Source: an uncultured Chroococcidiopsis sp.
GTDB lineage: Bacteria; Cyanobacteriota; Cyanobacteriia; Cyanobacteriales; Chroococcidiopsidaceae
Assembly (NCBI GenBank): GCA_964248365.1
Contig: CAXTYC010000004.1
Span: 192,001 to 256,000 of the forward strand
DNA length: 64,000 nt
Reading direction: 5' to 3'
Shown here: one piece after another, positions 51,585 through 62,061 of the stretch
Numbering within the stretch: position 1 is the first letter of the stretch
Layout: every line of letters starts with the position of its first letter
Notes under the pieces: model-generated
The model's database searches: none
Seen by the model: the letters and a program-made list of their open reading frames with translations, nothing else
Told to the model about the DNA's origin: nothing
Translations under genes and position numbers: made by a program

Positions 51585-53402
51585 TTAGGCTTGCGGTGGT
51601 TGATTACGTTTTGATTTGAAAGATCCTAGCAATTCTCGCACTTGCTCACCTGCAACATCGCGGCTACCTAAACCAAAGGCGATCGCACTGGCGACAGCGA
51701 TCGCACCTAGTAGCAATCCAAAGGCTAAATTAACGATATCGCCAGCGATGCCTATTTGTCGCAGTGCCAAAGCTGAGACAAAGACGATGATCGCAATACG
51801 GGCTACTTGTGCCAAGATTCGGGCTTGGCGATCGCCGGAACTGGCAATAATGTTATAAACCAGATTTGCCAGGAATAGACCAATGGCAAACACGATTAAT
51901 CCTGCCAGAATTTGCCCGAATATGACGATAATGCCGCTGACTAATGCTGTCAGCGCGGCAATGCCCAGGATATTAACTGCTGTCACTGTAGCAAACAGCA
52001 TAATTCCGACTAAAACAATGATGCCCACAACTTCCGATGGCGTACGAGCTGCCATTTGCACTGCTGTGGTATCAGATTGAATTACAGTTTGTTGTCCAGT
52101 CGTAGGCGGGATTTGTTGCCCAGGAGGCGAGGCTACTGCCGGATCTTGATATCTGGGTGGCTGTGTAGTTCTACGTTGTCTAGCTGGTGTTGGTAAACCC
52201 AGGACTGAGAAGATGTTGTTAAAGCCAATGCTAGTGAGAATGTTTGTCACCAGATCCGCCACAAAGCGTCCCAGGAAATAAGCTACAATCAAAATCAACG
52301 CTGCTGTGAAGATCGCAGGTAGAGCGTTGAGAATTTGTTGCAGCATCGAGATTGCTGGGTCAGAGATCGCGCGGATTTGCAATTGTTGAAGGGCTGCGAT
52401 CGCAATCGGAATCAAAATCAAGACATAGACAATTGTGCCAATTATTCCTGATAAAGATTGTCCGTCAGCAGTTCTTTGCAGTCCAAACCGAGTCCCCGCA
52501 GAGTCAAGACCAGTTGAAGCTAGCAAGTTCGTCACAATTCGGCGCACGATGGTAGCCAGAAACCATCCAGCAGCAGCAATTAAGACGGCTGCCAAGATAT
52601 TTGGCAAAGCTGAGAGAATCTGATTAACCAGATTCTGTATTGGTTGTAATGCCTGCTGTAGATTCAGAGTATCCAAAACTGGAATTAAAAACAGCAAAAA
52701 TATAAACCAATACAAGGCATTGCCAATTGTATCGCTAAGAGATATCTGGTTTGGCGGTTGGGTTGTGCCTGCTGGTCGCTGATCTAAACGCTCATCCAGT
52801 CTGGCGGCTCGTAATCCCCGCGTTGTTACCAACTTCACCGCTGTTGCTACTAGCCAAGCGATGCCGAGAATTATAGCTGCACCTAACAATTTGGGAATAT
52901 AGCCAATTACGGTATTGAGAAATCCTCCCAAAGGACGCGACACTACTTCTAGTTGCAGTGCGTTTAATACCGCCACGACGGTAAATAGGATGACAATCCA
53001 ATAGATCAAATTGGCGATAAAGTCTTCTACCCTGGGTAATTCGCTAGTATCCTGACGACCCATTACCGCAGCAGCAATCCGGTTATCTATGGTTGTACGA
53101 TTGAGTATGCCGCGCGTGATAGCTTTGGCGATGGATGCAATGATCAAACCTATCAGCAGAATCAACACTGCTCCGATCAAATTGGGAATAAAATCCAACA
53201 GATTTTGCAGCAGATTTTGCACATAATTCACTCCAGACTGGACAGCTGCGCCTGTTTGATTCACTCCAGACTGGACAGCTGCGCCTGTGCGATCTACTGG
53301 GTTAGCTGGATTTGCTGCTTGTGCCAATAGTTGTGGCAGTTGGATTAGCCCTCCCAATTCCAAGCCTGTTATCTTAGTTACCTCTTGCCAAATTCCATTC
53401 AT
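51585..53402 (-). CDS. CmpX-like TM-helix repeat protein (small mechanosensitive channel-related)
   Basis: Repeated P.l..A.lIl..G..ia TM-helix units and AIAFGLG.R. Internal 33-bp tandem duplication at 53226-53288 (TGAAVQSGVN x2). Confidence 0.8.
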   Translation of the reverse strand: MNGIWQEVTKITGLELGGLIQLPQLLAQAANPANPVDRTGAAVQSGVNQTGAAVQSGVNYVQNLLQNLLDFIPNLIGAVLILLIGLIIASIAKAITRGILNRTTIDNRIAAAVMGRQDTSELPRVEDFIANLIYWIVILFTVVAVLNALQLEVVSRPLGGFLNTVIGYIPKLLGAAIILGIAWLVATAVKLVTTRGLRAARLDERLDQRPAGTTQPPNQISLSDTIGNALYWFIFLLFLIPVLDTLNLQQALQPIQNLVNQILSALPNILAAVLIAAAGWFLATIVRRIVTNLLASTGLDSAGTRFGLQRTADGQSLSGIIGTIVYVLILIPIAIAALQQLQIRAISDPAISMLQQILNALPAIFTAALILIVAYFLGRFVADLVTNILTSIGFNNIFSVLGLPTPARQRRTTQPPRYQDPAVASPPGQQIPPTTGQQTVIQSDTTAVQMAARTPSEVVGIIVLVGIMLFATVTAVNILGIAALTALVSGIIVIFGQILAGLIVFAIGLFLANLVYNIIASSGDRQARILAQVARIAIIVFVSALALRQIGIAGDIVNLAFGLLLGAIAVASAIAFGLGSRDVAGEQVRELLGSFKSKRNQPPQA

Positions 53403-53763
53403 GGTTTTCCTGAGTTAACTGCAAATGTCACGGAGATAATACCAACAGTTTCTCCTTGATTGAAAGTAGGATTCTGAATCATCCTACAGCTGTGTTGTAT
53501 TTTTGTATTTAGTCGGTAAATTAGCTAGTAAGTTGAAATATGATTTTCCTATACAGCGTGATGCTTAACTTTCTTGTTACACATCTACCTGAATGAAGAA
53601 TTTTTCTGGTAAAATCCCTTAATTTCTTGGTTTTTGGTATTCTATCTGACTTGAAAATTAACAAAAAATCAGCATATTTAAATTTTTGTTCATTAAAATT
53701 TCTAATAAGTAAAGCTTTCTTATTTTGTTTTTCCCTCACCCCTTTTCCTCTCACCCCTCTTTC

Positions 53764-54222
53764 ATGTCTCCAGGTCAGGTTTTTGAACAATCAATTCAAA
53801 TTGGAGCAAGTGCTACAGTTGTAGAGCGATGTATTACAGAGCAAAAATTAATGCATCGGTGGCTCAACCCAGCCCTACGTTGCGAACCAGTAGGTGATTG
53901 GAGTACCGATGTGGGTAGTCGCAGTCGCTTTGTAATTCAAATTCCCGTTCTTGCGCCTACGCTCAATAGTGTAGTGATAGAACGATCGCCAGGTCTGATT
54001 ATTTGGGGTTTTGAAGGATTTTTCACACGAAGCGATCGCTGGGAATGTCAACCAACACCCCAAGGAACTAACCTAATCGACCGTTTTGAGTTTGAAATTC
54101 CTAACCCTTTAATTCGCATTGGCTTCCACACCTTCGCTCAAAACTGGACAAAAGAAGATATGCAAGCTCAACTGCGCCGCCTCAAGCGGGTAGCAGAGGA
54201 ACATAGTGGAACCAGTGGCTAG
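53764..54222 (+). CDS. SRPBCC (START-like) family protein
   Basis: FEQSIQI.AS...VE, MHRWLNP, D.WEC.P...GT.L..RF, L.RLK..AE. Confidence 0.78.
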   Translation: MSPGQVFEQSIQIGASATVVERCITEQKLMHRWLNPALRCEPVGDWSTDVGSRSRFVIQIPVLAPTLNSVVIERSPGLIIWGFEGFFTRSDRWECQPTPQGTNLIDRFEFEIPNPLIRIGFHTFAQNWTKEDMQAQLRRLKRVAEEHSGTSG

Positions 54223-54317
54223 ACAAAACCAACATTCGATACTTCTGGTTTTGAATTCTAGCTTGCATCGCCACTAACCACTTTTCTAACCACTGGTTCC
54301 ACTAACCACTATCTTTT

Positions 54318-55163
54318 CTAGTCACTGGTTCCACTGGTTCCACTATCTCGTCCCAATTGTTGCAACAAACGGCGAATGACAGGGGCATCGTCGGCATCGG
54401 GAACAGAGGCTAGATAATTCTCAAAGTCGGCAACCGCTGCCAAGAAGCGCCCCAGTTGGTAGTAAATCAAGCCGCGATCGCGCATTTCCCCCACCAAAGT
54501 TGGAAACAACAGCAAAATTCGTTCCACTGCTGCCAAAGCTTTTTCTAACTCCTCCTGTTGCAGGTAAATAAATTTCAGATTTGTCAGTATCCGCATTAAA
54601 AACTGCCGATTACTCACTGATTCTAAAAACTCTGGTTGAAACGGCACTGGCTGACCATAAATTTGGGTAAGTCTTTCCTGACAGTCTTGGGGAAACATTA
54701 CCTCGCCCCGATTGAAGGCATCAACGAAAATTTCCATTTCGGGAAAATTTGGGCGGATCAGGAAATGCCCTGGCATTCCCACTCCCACCATCGGAAAATC
54801 AACCCTTTTGGCTATCTCCAAGTAAACCAGTGAAAGAGTAATAGGAATTCCCTTCCGCCGCTCGATTACCTCATTTAAAAAGCTGTTGCTGGGGTCGTAG
54901 TAGTCATCTACATTGCCAGTAAATCCTAAATCCTCGTACAGATATTGATTAATAGTTTGAATAATTCTTAAGGGGTACTGCTGGGCTGGTAACTGATCTT
55001 GTAATTCTGCTGCCATCGTATCCAAGGCGTTGAGATATTCCTCTGGATCGAGTTCAGGGCATTCTTCTTGGGCTATGTAAAGGGCTGCCTTGGCTAGATC
55101 AATCTGCTCGTCAGGTTGATTAATCTCTTGGTGGAAAGATTGCCGCGCCTGTAGGAAAGCCAT
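54318..55163 (-). CDS. SirB1-like protein (transglutaminase-like plus TPR)
   Basis: LGF.GN..DYYDP.NSFL..V.ERR.GIPITL, GVGMPGHF, RDRGL.Y. Confidence 0.88.
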   Translation of the reverse strand: MAFLQARQSFHQEINQPDEQIDLAKAALYIAQEECPELDPEEYLNALDTMAAELQDQLPAQQYPLRIIQTINQYLYEDLGFTGNVDDYYDPSNSFLNEVIERRKGIPITLSLVYLEIAKRVDFPMVGVGMPGHFLIRPNFPEMEIFVDAFNRGEVMFPQDCQERLTQIYGQPVPFQPEFLESVSNRQFLMRILTNLKFIYLQQEELEKALAAVERILLLFPTLVGEMRDRGLIYYQLGRFLAAVADFENYLASVPDADDAPVIRRLLQQLGRDSGTSGTSD

Positions 55164-55448
55164 AATTTCAATGGGTGCTGGTTATATAGTGGCACGATTC
55201 AAAGGCGATCGCCCTGCCATGCCCGTACTGTTTATAATCGGATGCCACAGCATGATCAACAAACTTTGTATTTATCTTTACATAAATTCAAACCCATATT
55301 TAGTGGCAAGTGATGAGGGGGAATCAGGGGAGAGAGGGAGAGGGGGAGAGGGGGAGATAAGAATAATTACGAATGCGCGAATTACGAATTACGAATTATT
55401 CTGTTATTTTTACGATATTATTCTCAATGTCAGTAAATTTTAAAATTT

Positions 55449-55877
55449 ATGTTGATTCGTCAAGCTATCTGCTCAATTTTTCTTTTTACTCTGGCTATCA
55501 ATTTTGTTTCATTTAATGATTTTGTTATAGCTCAACCATCAAACGATTCAGGTCAGCCATCTCCTAATTCAGCCCAACCCTCTCCTGATTCGGCTCCTCC
55601 TATCCGTCGTTCTCCACCTGCACAACCCGAAGAAGACCAGCGGACTAAGGGTATTAAAGACCAAATTATTCAAAATAAGCAAGTTAAAATAATGTGTTCT
55701 AATTATTTTAAGAATATTACCTTTGAATCTCTAAGTGATAGCCTGCGGGTGGACACAGGTAACAACTTGTGTGCCTATACAATTATTAAAGAAGTATTAG
55801 AACCTCAATTAAAGACAGGTAAGATAAGAACTTATGAATATACAGGCGATCGCGAAGGCGTTATAGTTTCTTTCTAA
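55449..55877 (+). CDS. Hypothetical secreted protein
   Basis: N-terminal hydrophobic signal and Pro/Ser-rich linker; no recognised family. Confidence 0.55.
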   Translation: MLIRQAICSIFLFTLAINFVSFNDFVIAQPSNDSGQPSPNSAQPSPDSAPPIRRSPPAQPEEDQRTKGIKDQIIQNKQVKIMCSNYFKNITFESLSDSLRVDTGNNLCAYTIIKEVLEPQLKTGKIRTYEYTGDREGVIVSF

Positions 55878-55894
55878 AGATTGAAAATCTATGT

Positions 55895-56427
55895 ATGCCC
55901 AAAGTAATTCTTCAAATTCCTTGTTATAACGAGCAAGCAATAGGAATTACACTTTCTGACCTACCCAAATTCCAGGTGTAAGCTGCGATCAAATAGCTTG
56001 CGCTCGATGATGGCAGTAAGGAGAAAACAGTAGAATTCGCTCGATATTTTGTATAGCTCATATCATGAATTTAACTTATAATCAAGGGCTGGCAAAAGCA
56101 TTTATGGCAGGAATAGAAGCTAGTTTAATTGCTGGTGCAGATATTATTGTCAATACAGATGCAGATAACAAATACTGTGCTGATGATATTCCTAAACTAA
56201 TTGAACCTATCTTATTGGCGCCGGCTGAAATAGTCATTGGTAGACGACCGATGGGCAAAATAAAACACTTTTATCCTATTAAAAAATTAGGAAGTTGGGT
56301 AGTCCGCCTTGCCAGTAATACTAATATTTTAGATGCTCCTAGTGGCTTTCGAGCTATCAGCCTAGAAGCGGCAATGCAACTGAATGTATTTAATGAATAT
56401 ACCTATACATTAGAAAAGAGGGGCTAG
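55895..56427 (+). pseudogene. Degraded glycosyltransferase family 2 gene
   Basis: MPKVILQIPCYNE..., then frameshift/stop, DDGS, NQGLAKAF, NTDADN, DAPSGFRA; truncated after YTYTLE. Confidence 0.8.
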
Positions 56428-56497
56428 GAGTTAGGGGCTAGGGTGATCTCGTTAGCAGGCGATAGCTGGGTAACGAAGGGGGGTAAATTATTTAATT

Positions 56498-58090
56498 ATG
56501 AATAGAAATTTGTTTGCCCATCTTGCGATCGCCCAAATTCCCAAAATTTTGACCTTACTTGATCGCAACCCTCACAGCCATACCTATGGCTGTTTTGACC
56601 GCAACTTCTGGCATTACAAAATTATCGACTTTCCCAGCGGTATGGCACAAGAATTCGTATTGCCCTTAGCATTGGCATACGACACCAAACTGCCAGACAA
56701 CCCATTCTACCGCCAGCAGGTAATTCCCCAATGGGTCGAGGCTGGAATTCTCTTTGCTGCCCTTAGCGCCCACGCTGACGGTTCCTGCGATAATTATTTT
56801 CCCTACGAACGAGCGAGTGGGGCAGCAGCTTTTTCCCTACTTGCTTGTATTGACAGCTACACTCTGCTAAAACTAGACAATCATCAAGCCCTGCATTTTT
56901 TTGCCAAACGTGCCGACTGGTTAGCCCATCATCAGGAAAGTGGACAACTCACCCACCACCAAGCCCTAATTGTCCTTTGTCTAGAATTGCTCTCAAACTT
57001 ATTACAAACATCAAAATGGGACAAAGCAAAAGTCCAGCGTTTGGAACAAGTGCTATCTTGGCAAAGTTCTGAAGGTTGGTTTCAAGAATACGAAGGCTGC
57101 GATCCTGGCTACCACACTCTTACTATATCCTGCTTAGCGCGAATTTATCAGTTAAAACCAGATATCAGAATCAAAGAAGCGTTAGTCAAAGCGGTTGAAC
57201 TAGCAGCTTACTTCGTCCACCCTGATGGTTCTTATGGTGGGGAATATACAAGCCACAATACCTACAACTTTTTTCCACATGGTTTTGAATTAGTTGGGCA
57301 ATGGATGCCTGATGCACTTGGGATTAATGATGCTTTTTTAACTGGATTAGCTGTTGGGCTAGCACCATGCTACAGCGACGATCATATTATCGGGCATCAT
57401 ACTTGGAATTATTTACTAGCTTGGCGGGATTTTGTGCCTACGCGTCCTCTACCTAAACCCCGTTCCACTGGTCTTATTTGGCTACTAGAGGCAAAAATCT
57501 TGATTGATCGCCGCGAAGATACTGAACTTTATCTAGCGTTCAATAAAGGTGGTGTATTTAAACTTTTTCGAGACAATCAATTAGTTGCTTCAGACACACA
57601 ATTTTCTCTGTGTGTGCGTGAGGGTAATAAGAATAAAAATGCTGTTGGTCATTTGGTGGGAGATTATAAATTTAGCGTTAATGACAACAAAATTTCTATT
57701 GCAGGTCAACTTGGCTGGGCAAAACAAAAGCAAATGACACCACTCAATTTATTAATATTGCGAGTTGTCATGCTTACCTTCGGGCGTTTCTTTCCTAATT
57801 TAATTCGTCAGCTACTACAAAAAGCCTTGTTTGTTGGTAAGAAAGATGCACCCTTCAAATTTCGTCGCCAACTGCGGTGGAAAAATGGACACTGGTATGT
57901 AATTGACCAGTTACAAGCTCATACTTGGAAAAATGTCACTGCTGTGGGTATTGGCTGCGATCAAACTTCAATTTATGTGGGAATGAGTCGGACTTTTCAA
58001 AAGAGCCAATTACAACCCTGGCTTGACTTAACTGAGGAAGTTAAAAAACTGGCTCCTGGTGAATCATTGAAATTGGAGCGTCATTTTTAA
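56498..58090 (+). CDS. Conserved hypothetical protein, probable alpha-helical barrel (carbohydrate-related by context)
   Basis: 530-aa intact ORF; DRNPHS.TYGCFDR.FWHY, Q..EGWF.EY.G.DPGY, PDGSYGGEY. Confidence 0.7.
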   Translation: MNRNLFAHLAIAQIPKILTLLDRNPHSHTYGCFDRNFWHYKIIDFPSGMAQEFVLPLALAYDTKLPDNPFYRQQVIPQWVEAGILFAALSAHADGSCDNYFPYERASGAAAFSLLACIDSYTLLKLDNHQALHFFAKRADWLAHHQESGQLTHHQALIVLCLELLSNLLQTSKWDKAKVQRLEQVLSWQSSEGWFQEYEGCDPGYHTLTISCLARIYQLKPDIRIKEALVKAVELAAYFVHPDGSYGGEYTSHNTYNFFPHGFELVGQWMPDALGINDAFLTGLAVGLAPCYSDDHIIGHHTWNYLLAWRDFVPTRPLPKPRSTGLIWLLEAKILIDRREDTELYLAFNKGGVFKLFRDNQLVASDTQFSLCVREGNKNKNAVGHLVGDYKFSVNDNKISIAGQLGWAKQKQMTPLNLLILRVVMLTFGRFFPNLIRQLLQKALFVGKKDAPFKFRRQLRWKNGHWYVIDQLQAHTWKNVTAVGIGCDQTSIYVGMSRTFQKSQLQPWLDLTEEVKKLAPGESLKLERHF

Positions 58091-58217
58091 ATTTGGGTGA
58101 ATAGACTTTTTGTAGAAGTCGGGAAAAGGTAAAAGGTAAATACAACAGGTTTAACTTTTAACCTTTAGCTTTTACCCTTAACGCAGTAAAAGAGACGAGT
58201 CTTGAGGTCTAATTCAC

Positions 58218-58370
58218 ATATTGCACTAATAACCGCCCAAAACTTAACTTTTGGGCTAATAGCTCCAAGTCCATTGAAATGGACTGCAACCAATGTTAGT
58301 CTTCTTAAGAAGACTTTGGCTTAGAGCGTGCTAATTAATTAGCAGGCGGACTATGGGATAGGTGCAAGAT
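58218..58370. repeat. MITE-like palindromic element, copy 2
   Basis: ATATTGCAC...GTGCAAGAT ends; internal AGTCCATTGAAATGGACT and AGTCTTCTTAAGAAGACT match copy 1 at 5269-5432. Confidence 0.7.
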
Positions 58371-59206
58371 CTAAGCTAATAAACCTCTGTGCCGATCGCT
58401 CTAAACCCCTTACTAGGGGGGGGTTAGGGCGATCGCTTTGTCAGATTTGATTTTTAATTAAATCTACTTAGGATAAAACGACTAATTTACCTGGCAGTTA
58501 GCCTGCTAATTATGATATTAATCTACTGAGGAATTGATTTTTCATAACTAATAAAATTATGCCAAAATTGTAGGTGAAGCTAATCGTTTGATTTTGGCAG
58601 CAAGTGTTCTGAATATGGTATTGCTGTCAAAAATGGGTGGACATTGCCAAAGCCTATTTTAGGAAGCAGCGAGGACACTTTGATGGTTCATTGTCGCTGT
58701 CTTTGGTTGTGTTTGAAAAAGCCTGTGATATGTTGTCGCTGCTGCAATGGCAGAGAAACTATATATGTCAGGTAAAACTGATATAGGCAATTGTCGCTTG
58801 ACAAATTAAATGACCATTTGCCCTGTTTGTGTGAATATAGAGCCAGAAAACGAGTTTCAAGGGCGAGGCGATCGCGCTATGAAGTAGCTTCGAGTGTACT
58901 TATTGAAATGGAAGCGGATTGTCTTAAAGATCAAGACGGCTGACAAAGAGCAGTTTTAGGCATATCAGGTAGATCTGACAAATAATTTATCAAGCGGTCA
59001 AATAATTTGGCAAATAATAGATTCCCTTATTTTTTTTAGTCTTTCCCACATCTATCTTTTGAAATAACTTTTAACTAGATTATTTGGCTTTGCTTTCTGT
59101 CTTTTTGTAGTCGTTTACCTTTGTGGGAAGTGTTGTAATTCCTAGAATAGTAACTCAATCTGTATATTGGGTAACAATACTCTTTTGAAATTTTTAGGAG
59201 ATTTCT

Positions 59207-59431
59207 ATGACATCAGCAAACAATGATCCAAATCCTGTGGCATCAGCAAAAACAGATTCTGAGACATCAGCAAACAAATATCCTGAAAACCCATCAATCG
59301 ATGAGTCAGAAAAGACTAGCCTTGAGGATTTGAAACAGGACAAAGGTGAGGTATCGCTCGACTCGCATCCCAGCAAAGCGCTGGGTGAGCTTCTGACAGG
59401 AAAGGATGAATCTAGCTCAAGCGACGCTTAA
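59207..59431 (+). CDS. Small acidic, hydrophilic protein
   Basis: AGGAG RBS, 74-aa disordered-looking ORF, downstream hairpin TGTCCCTTGGC..GCCAAGGGACA. Confidence 0.6.
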   Translation: MTSANNDPNPVASAKTDSETSANKYPENPSIDESEKTSLEDLKQDKGEVSLDSHPSKALGELLTGKDESSSSDA

Positions 59432-59582
59432 TCAAAGTTGGCGTTCTGGTATTAGGATAGTACAAAAACTAGGCAGTACATACTTGGTGTCCCTTGGCGA
59501 ATTTGCCAAGGGACATTATAGCAATCCCCAGCGCCTCCAGCAAAAAAAGTGGGCGATCGCCCCGACAGTTCCCTATATGTAA

Positions 59583-59611
59583 TAAGAAACCCCAGTCAAC
59601 TGTCTGGGGTT
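59583..59611 (-). terminator. Rho-independent terminator after the HCP gene
   Basis: Minus strand AACCCCAG-ACAGTTGA-CTGGGGTT followed by TCTTA. Confidence 0.55.
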
Positions 59612-59671
59612 GTCGCTTGACAAATTAAATGACCATTTGCCCTGTTTGTTTCAATTCTTGAACGACTAAAT

Positions 59672-60163
59672 TTATATTTCAGCACCTGGCGCTGGCTCGG
59701 CACCCATCGGCGCTACATAGTCACGGAATAGAGTGATTTGCTGCTCAAAGTCAATTCCCTTTATTTGGTTCAACAGTTCTTCTGCTTGGGAAGATAGTTT
59801 ATAGTCAGAAGGCATAGGAATAATCGTACCGTTGTCCATCCCTTGAGATAGACGATACCAAACCAGCAGCTTAGTGGTGTCGCTCATTGAGCCATACATC
59901 CGAGTGTATTCGGTATCTGCTTTGTTAATCAAGTCCCGTTGAAACTGTAATTGTTGTTCATGGGGCATTTCTTTGATTTGATTAAACAAACCATCAGCTA
60001 CCTCAGTAGAAACCGTACTAGCTCCTGGTGCTGCTGGTGTGATCGAGTCACCCATTTCTTTGTAAATGAAGTAAAACAAAGCTAGCTGTTCATCTACATC
60101 TAATTTTTGAAATGCTTGTACGTGTTGGCTGATATTTTGATCGTTACTTTGAGTGAATGTCAT
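59672..60163 (-). CDS. Helical carotenoid protein (stand-alone OCP N-terminal domain)
   Basis: L.VDEQLAL.Y..Y.EMG.SITPAAPGA, TKLL.WY.L.QGM, FEQQIT.FRD.V.PMG; no NTF2-like C-terminal domain. Confidence 0.92.
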   Translation of the reverse strand: MTFTQSNDQNISQHVQAFQKLDVDEQLALFYFIYKEMGDSITPAAPGASTVSTEVADGLFNQIKEMPHEQQLQFQRDLINKADTEYTRMYGSMSDTTKLLVWYRLSQGMDNGTIIPMPSDYKLSSQAEELLNQIKGIDFEQQITLFRDYVAPMGAEPAPGAEI

Positions 60164-60575
60164 AGCTACCTCTGCTTTGAGAACTTTGAGAAAACTAATT
60201 GATACTATTTGGGATATAAAACTTAAAGATGTTTGCTCTTGTCAGCTTTGATCCCTATAACTTTTGAACGTTACCAAAGGTACTTCTACGACTTAAACCC
60301 ACTCAAGACAGAGGTAGAAAACCTGACTGAAGACAGAGGTAAAGTTAATTTAACTTAACAAAAACAGGGAAGGATATGTGCTATGTACAACAGAGTTGAA
60401 AGTGAGCGGACGTTTAACTGATAACTGGTAACTGGTAACTGGTAACTGATCTATCGGGAGTGGGATGGAATAATTTGTAAATTTCATCACTATTACATGA
60501 AAAAGCTTCACCTGTAGTGCAAGTTCAAAGCTCATGCCACATACAGCGTTCAATAACGCAAGGCGAAGATATCCG

Positions 60576-61061
60576 ATGAACAAAATATACCCACATAGAA
60601 TAAGGTTACGCCTAATAGCGTTGGTGCTTACAGTATTGCTAACATTGCCCCTGCTAAATGCTTGTAGCAGATCCCAAGCTTCTGTTCCACCACCTGTTGA
60701 CGATTCGCGTGTAGGCGCAGTATCCAATCGTCTAAACACCAACCAACCCGAAGTGAAGAAGGGATTGACAACAGGACAAAAAGTGGCACTTTTAACTGGA
60801 GCTGCCGCGCTTTACTACTTGTATAACCAGCATAAGAACTCGCAAGAGCAAGGACCGCAAGGACAATATTACCTTTCCAAGAACGGGCGCGTCTATTACC
60901 GAGATGCTCAACATCGCGCTCACTGGGTAACGCCGCCACCTGCGGGAATTCAAGTCCCAGAGGCTCAAGCGCAGCAATACCGTGACTTCCAGGGCTATAA
61001 CAATAGCGCTACAGGACGGGATTTAACTGGTCTGGCTCAGGCTCTGGCTCCCGCACTGTAA
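60576..61061 (+). CDS. Hypothetical lipoprotein
   Basis: Signal peptide with LNAC lipobox; GLTTGQKVALL.GAAALYYLY, YYLSKNGRVYYRD..HWVTPP. Confidence 0.7.
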   Translation: MNKIYPHRIRLRLIALVLTVLLTLPLLNACSRSQASVPPPVDDSRVGAVSNRLNTNQPEVKKGLTTGQKVALLTGAAALYYLYNQHKNSQEQGPQGQYYLSKNGRVYYRDAQHRAHWVTPPPAGIQVPEAQAQQYRDFQGYNNSATGRDLTGLAQALAPAL

Positions 61062-61267
61062 CCATTGATTTGGCTTCTACCTCATATCATGCCCAGATGC
61101 GCGGATTGCACCAGTGTTGCTAATGGGTAATTTAAGTCATCTGAGGCATCAACCAAGTGAAAATCACCTTTAGTAAACACTTTTAAGCTGCCTAATAGAT
61201 AGCAAATGTAATAGCAGTACTTTTCTGCGGTTTTGAATTAACTTCGAGCAAGCTTTAGGAGGAATAG

Positions 61268-61978
61268 ATGAATTTTCTACAAAACATATTTGGTGGTCAG
61301 GAACAAAAGCGAGACTACCGAGATTTTGTGAATCGATATGAGCAAGGTTCGCCTCATGAGGGGTACTCGGACAATGAAGTTTTAAACCGTTACCAACAAG
61401 TAACCAGACAGTTACCCCCCGACGTGTATCAGGAGTCTGCACAAGAGGCATTTAGCCGGATGTCACCCCAAGAGCGGATGCAGTTTGGTCAATATCTTCA
61501 GCAGCAAACGCGGCAGCAAAACTATAATTTTCCTGACTTAGATGGAGATGGTCAGGACGATCGCTATCAAGATCCCAACTATCTTGCCCGCGCTACAGGT
61601 CAGATGCATCAGCAGCAACCAGGTCTGCTCGGTCAGCTATTGGGTGGTGCAGGGAGCGCTTCGGGCAGTCAAGGCGGCGGTGGTGGTAATATATTCAACA
61701 ATCCATTAGCCAAGGGTGCGCTGGCTGGTATAGCTGCTATAGCAGCTAAGAAACTGATGGATAGAGGTAGTGAGGGAAATTACGGACAGTATGACAACGT
61801 TCGCCCAGCTAGCGAAGACCCCTATGGCGACCCCGCAGATTACGGACAATACGGCAACGTTCGCCCAGCTAGCGAAGACCCCTACGGCGACCCCGCAGAT
61901 TACGGACAGTACGGCAACGTTCGCCCAGCTAGCGAAGACCCCTACGGCGACCCCGCAGATGATCCGCGAAATCGTTAG
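61268..61978 (+). CDS. Hypothetical Gln-rich protein with three C-terminal 20-aa repeats
   Basis: GGAGG RBS; DLDGDG motif; (YGQYGNVRPASEDPYGDPAD)x3. Confidence 0.8.
   Translation: MNFLQNIFGGQEQKRDYRDFVNRYEQGSPHEGYSDNEVLNRYQQVTRQLPPDVYQESAQEAFSRMSPQERMQFGQYLQQQTRQQNYNFPDLDGDGQDDRYQDPNYLARATGQMHQQQPGLLGQLLGGAGSASGSQGGGGGNIFNNPLAKGALAGIAAIAAKKLMDRGSEGNYGQYDNVRPASEDPYGDPADYGQYGNVRPASEDPYGDPADYGQYGNVRPASEDPYGDPADDPRNR
61781..61960 (+). repeat. 60-bp tandem repeat x3, in frame
   Basis: Three near-identical units TACGGACARTAYGRCAACGTTCGCCCAGCTAGCGAAGACCCCTAYGGCGACCCCGCAGAT. Confidence 0.95.
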
Positions 61979-62061
61979 TAACGCAGGCAATTATTTTAAG
62001 TGACCAGTGACCAGTGACCAGTGAATCGAAATTGATAACTGATAACTGATAACTGGTTTCT

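Noticed and set aside
58440..58790. Possible gene fragment with a Cys-rich frame
   Set aside because: No start, RBS or recognisable family; cannot be distinguished from non-coding or decayed DNA.
61781..61960. 60-bp periodic repeat as a CRISPR array
   Set aside because: Units are contiguous with no unique spacers, lie in frame in a CDS, and there are no cas genes.
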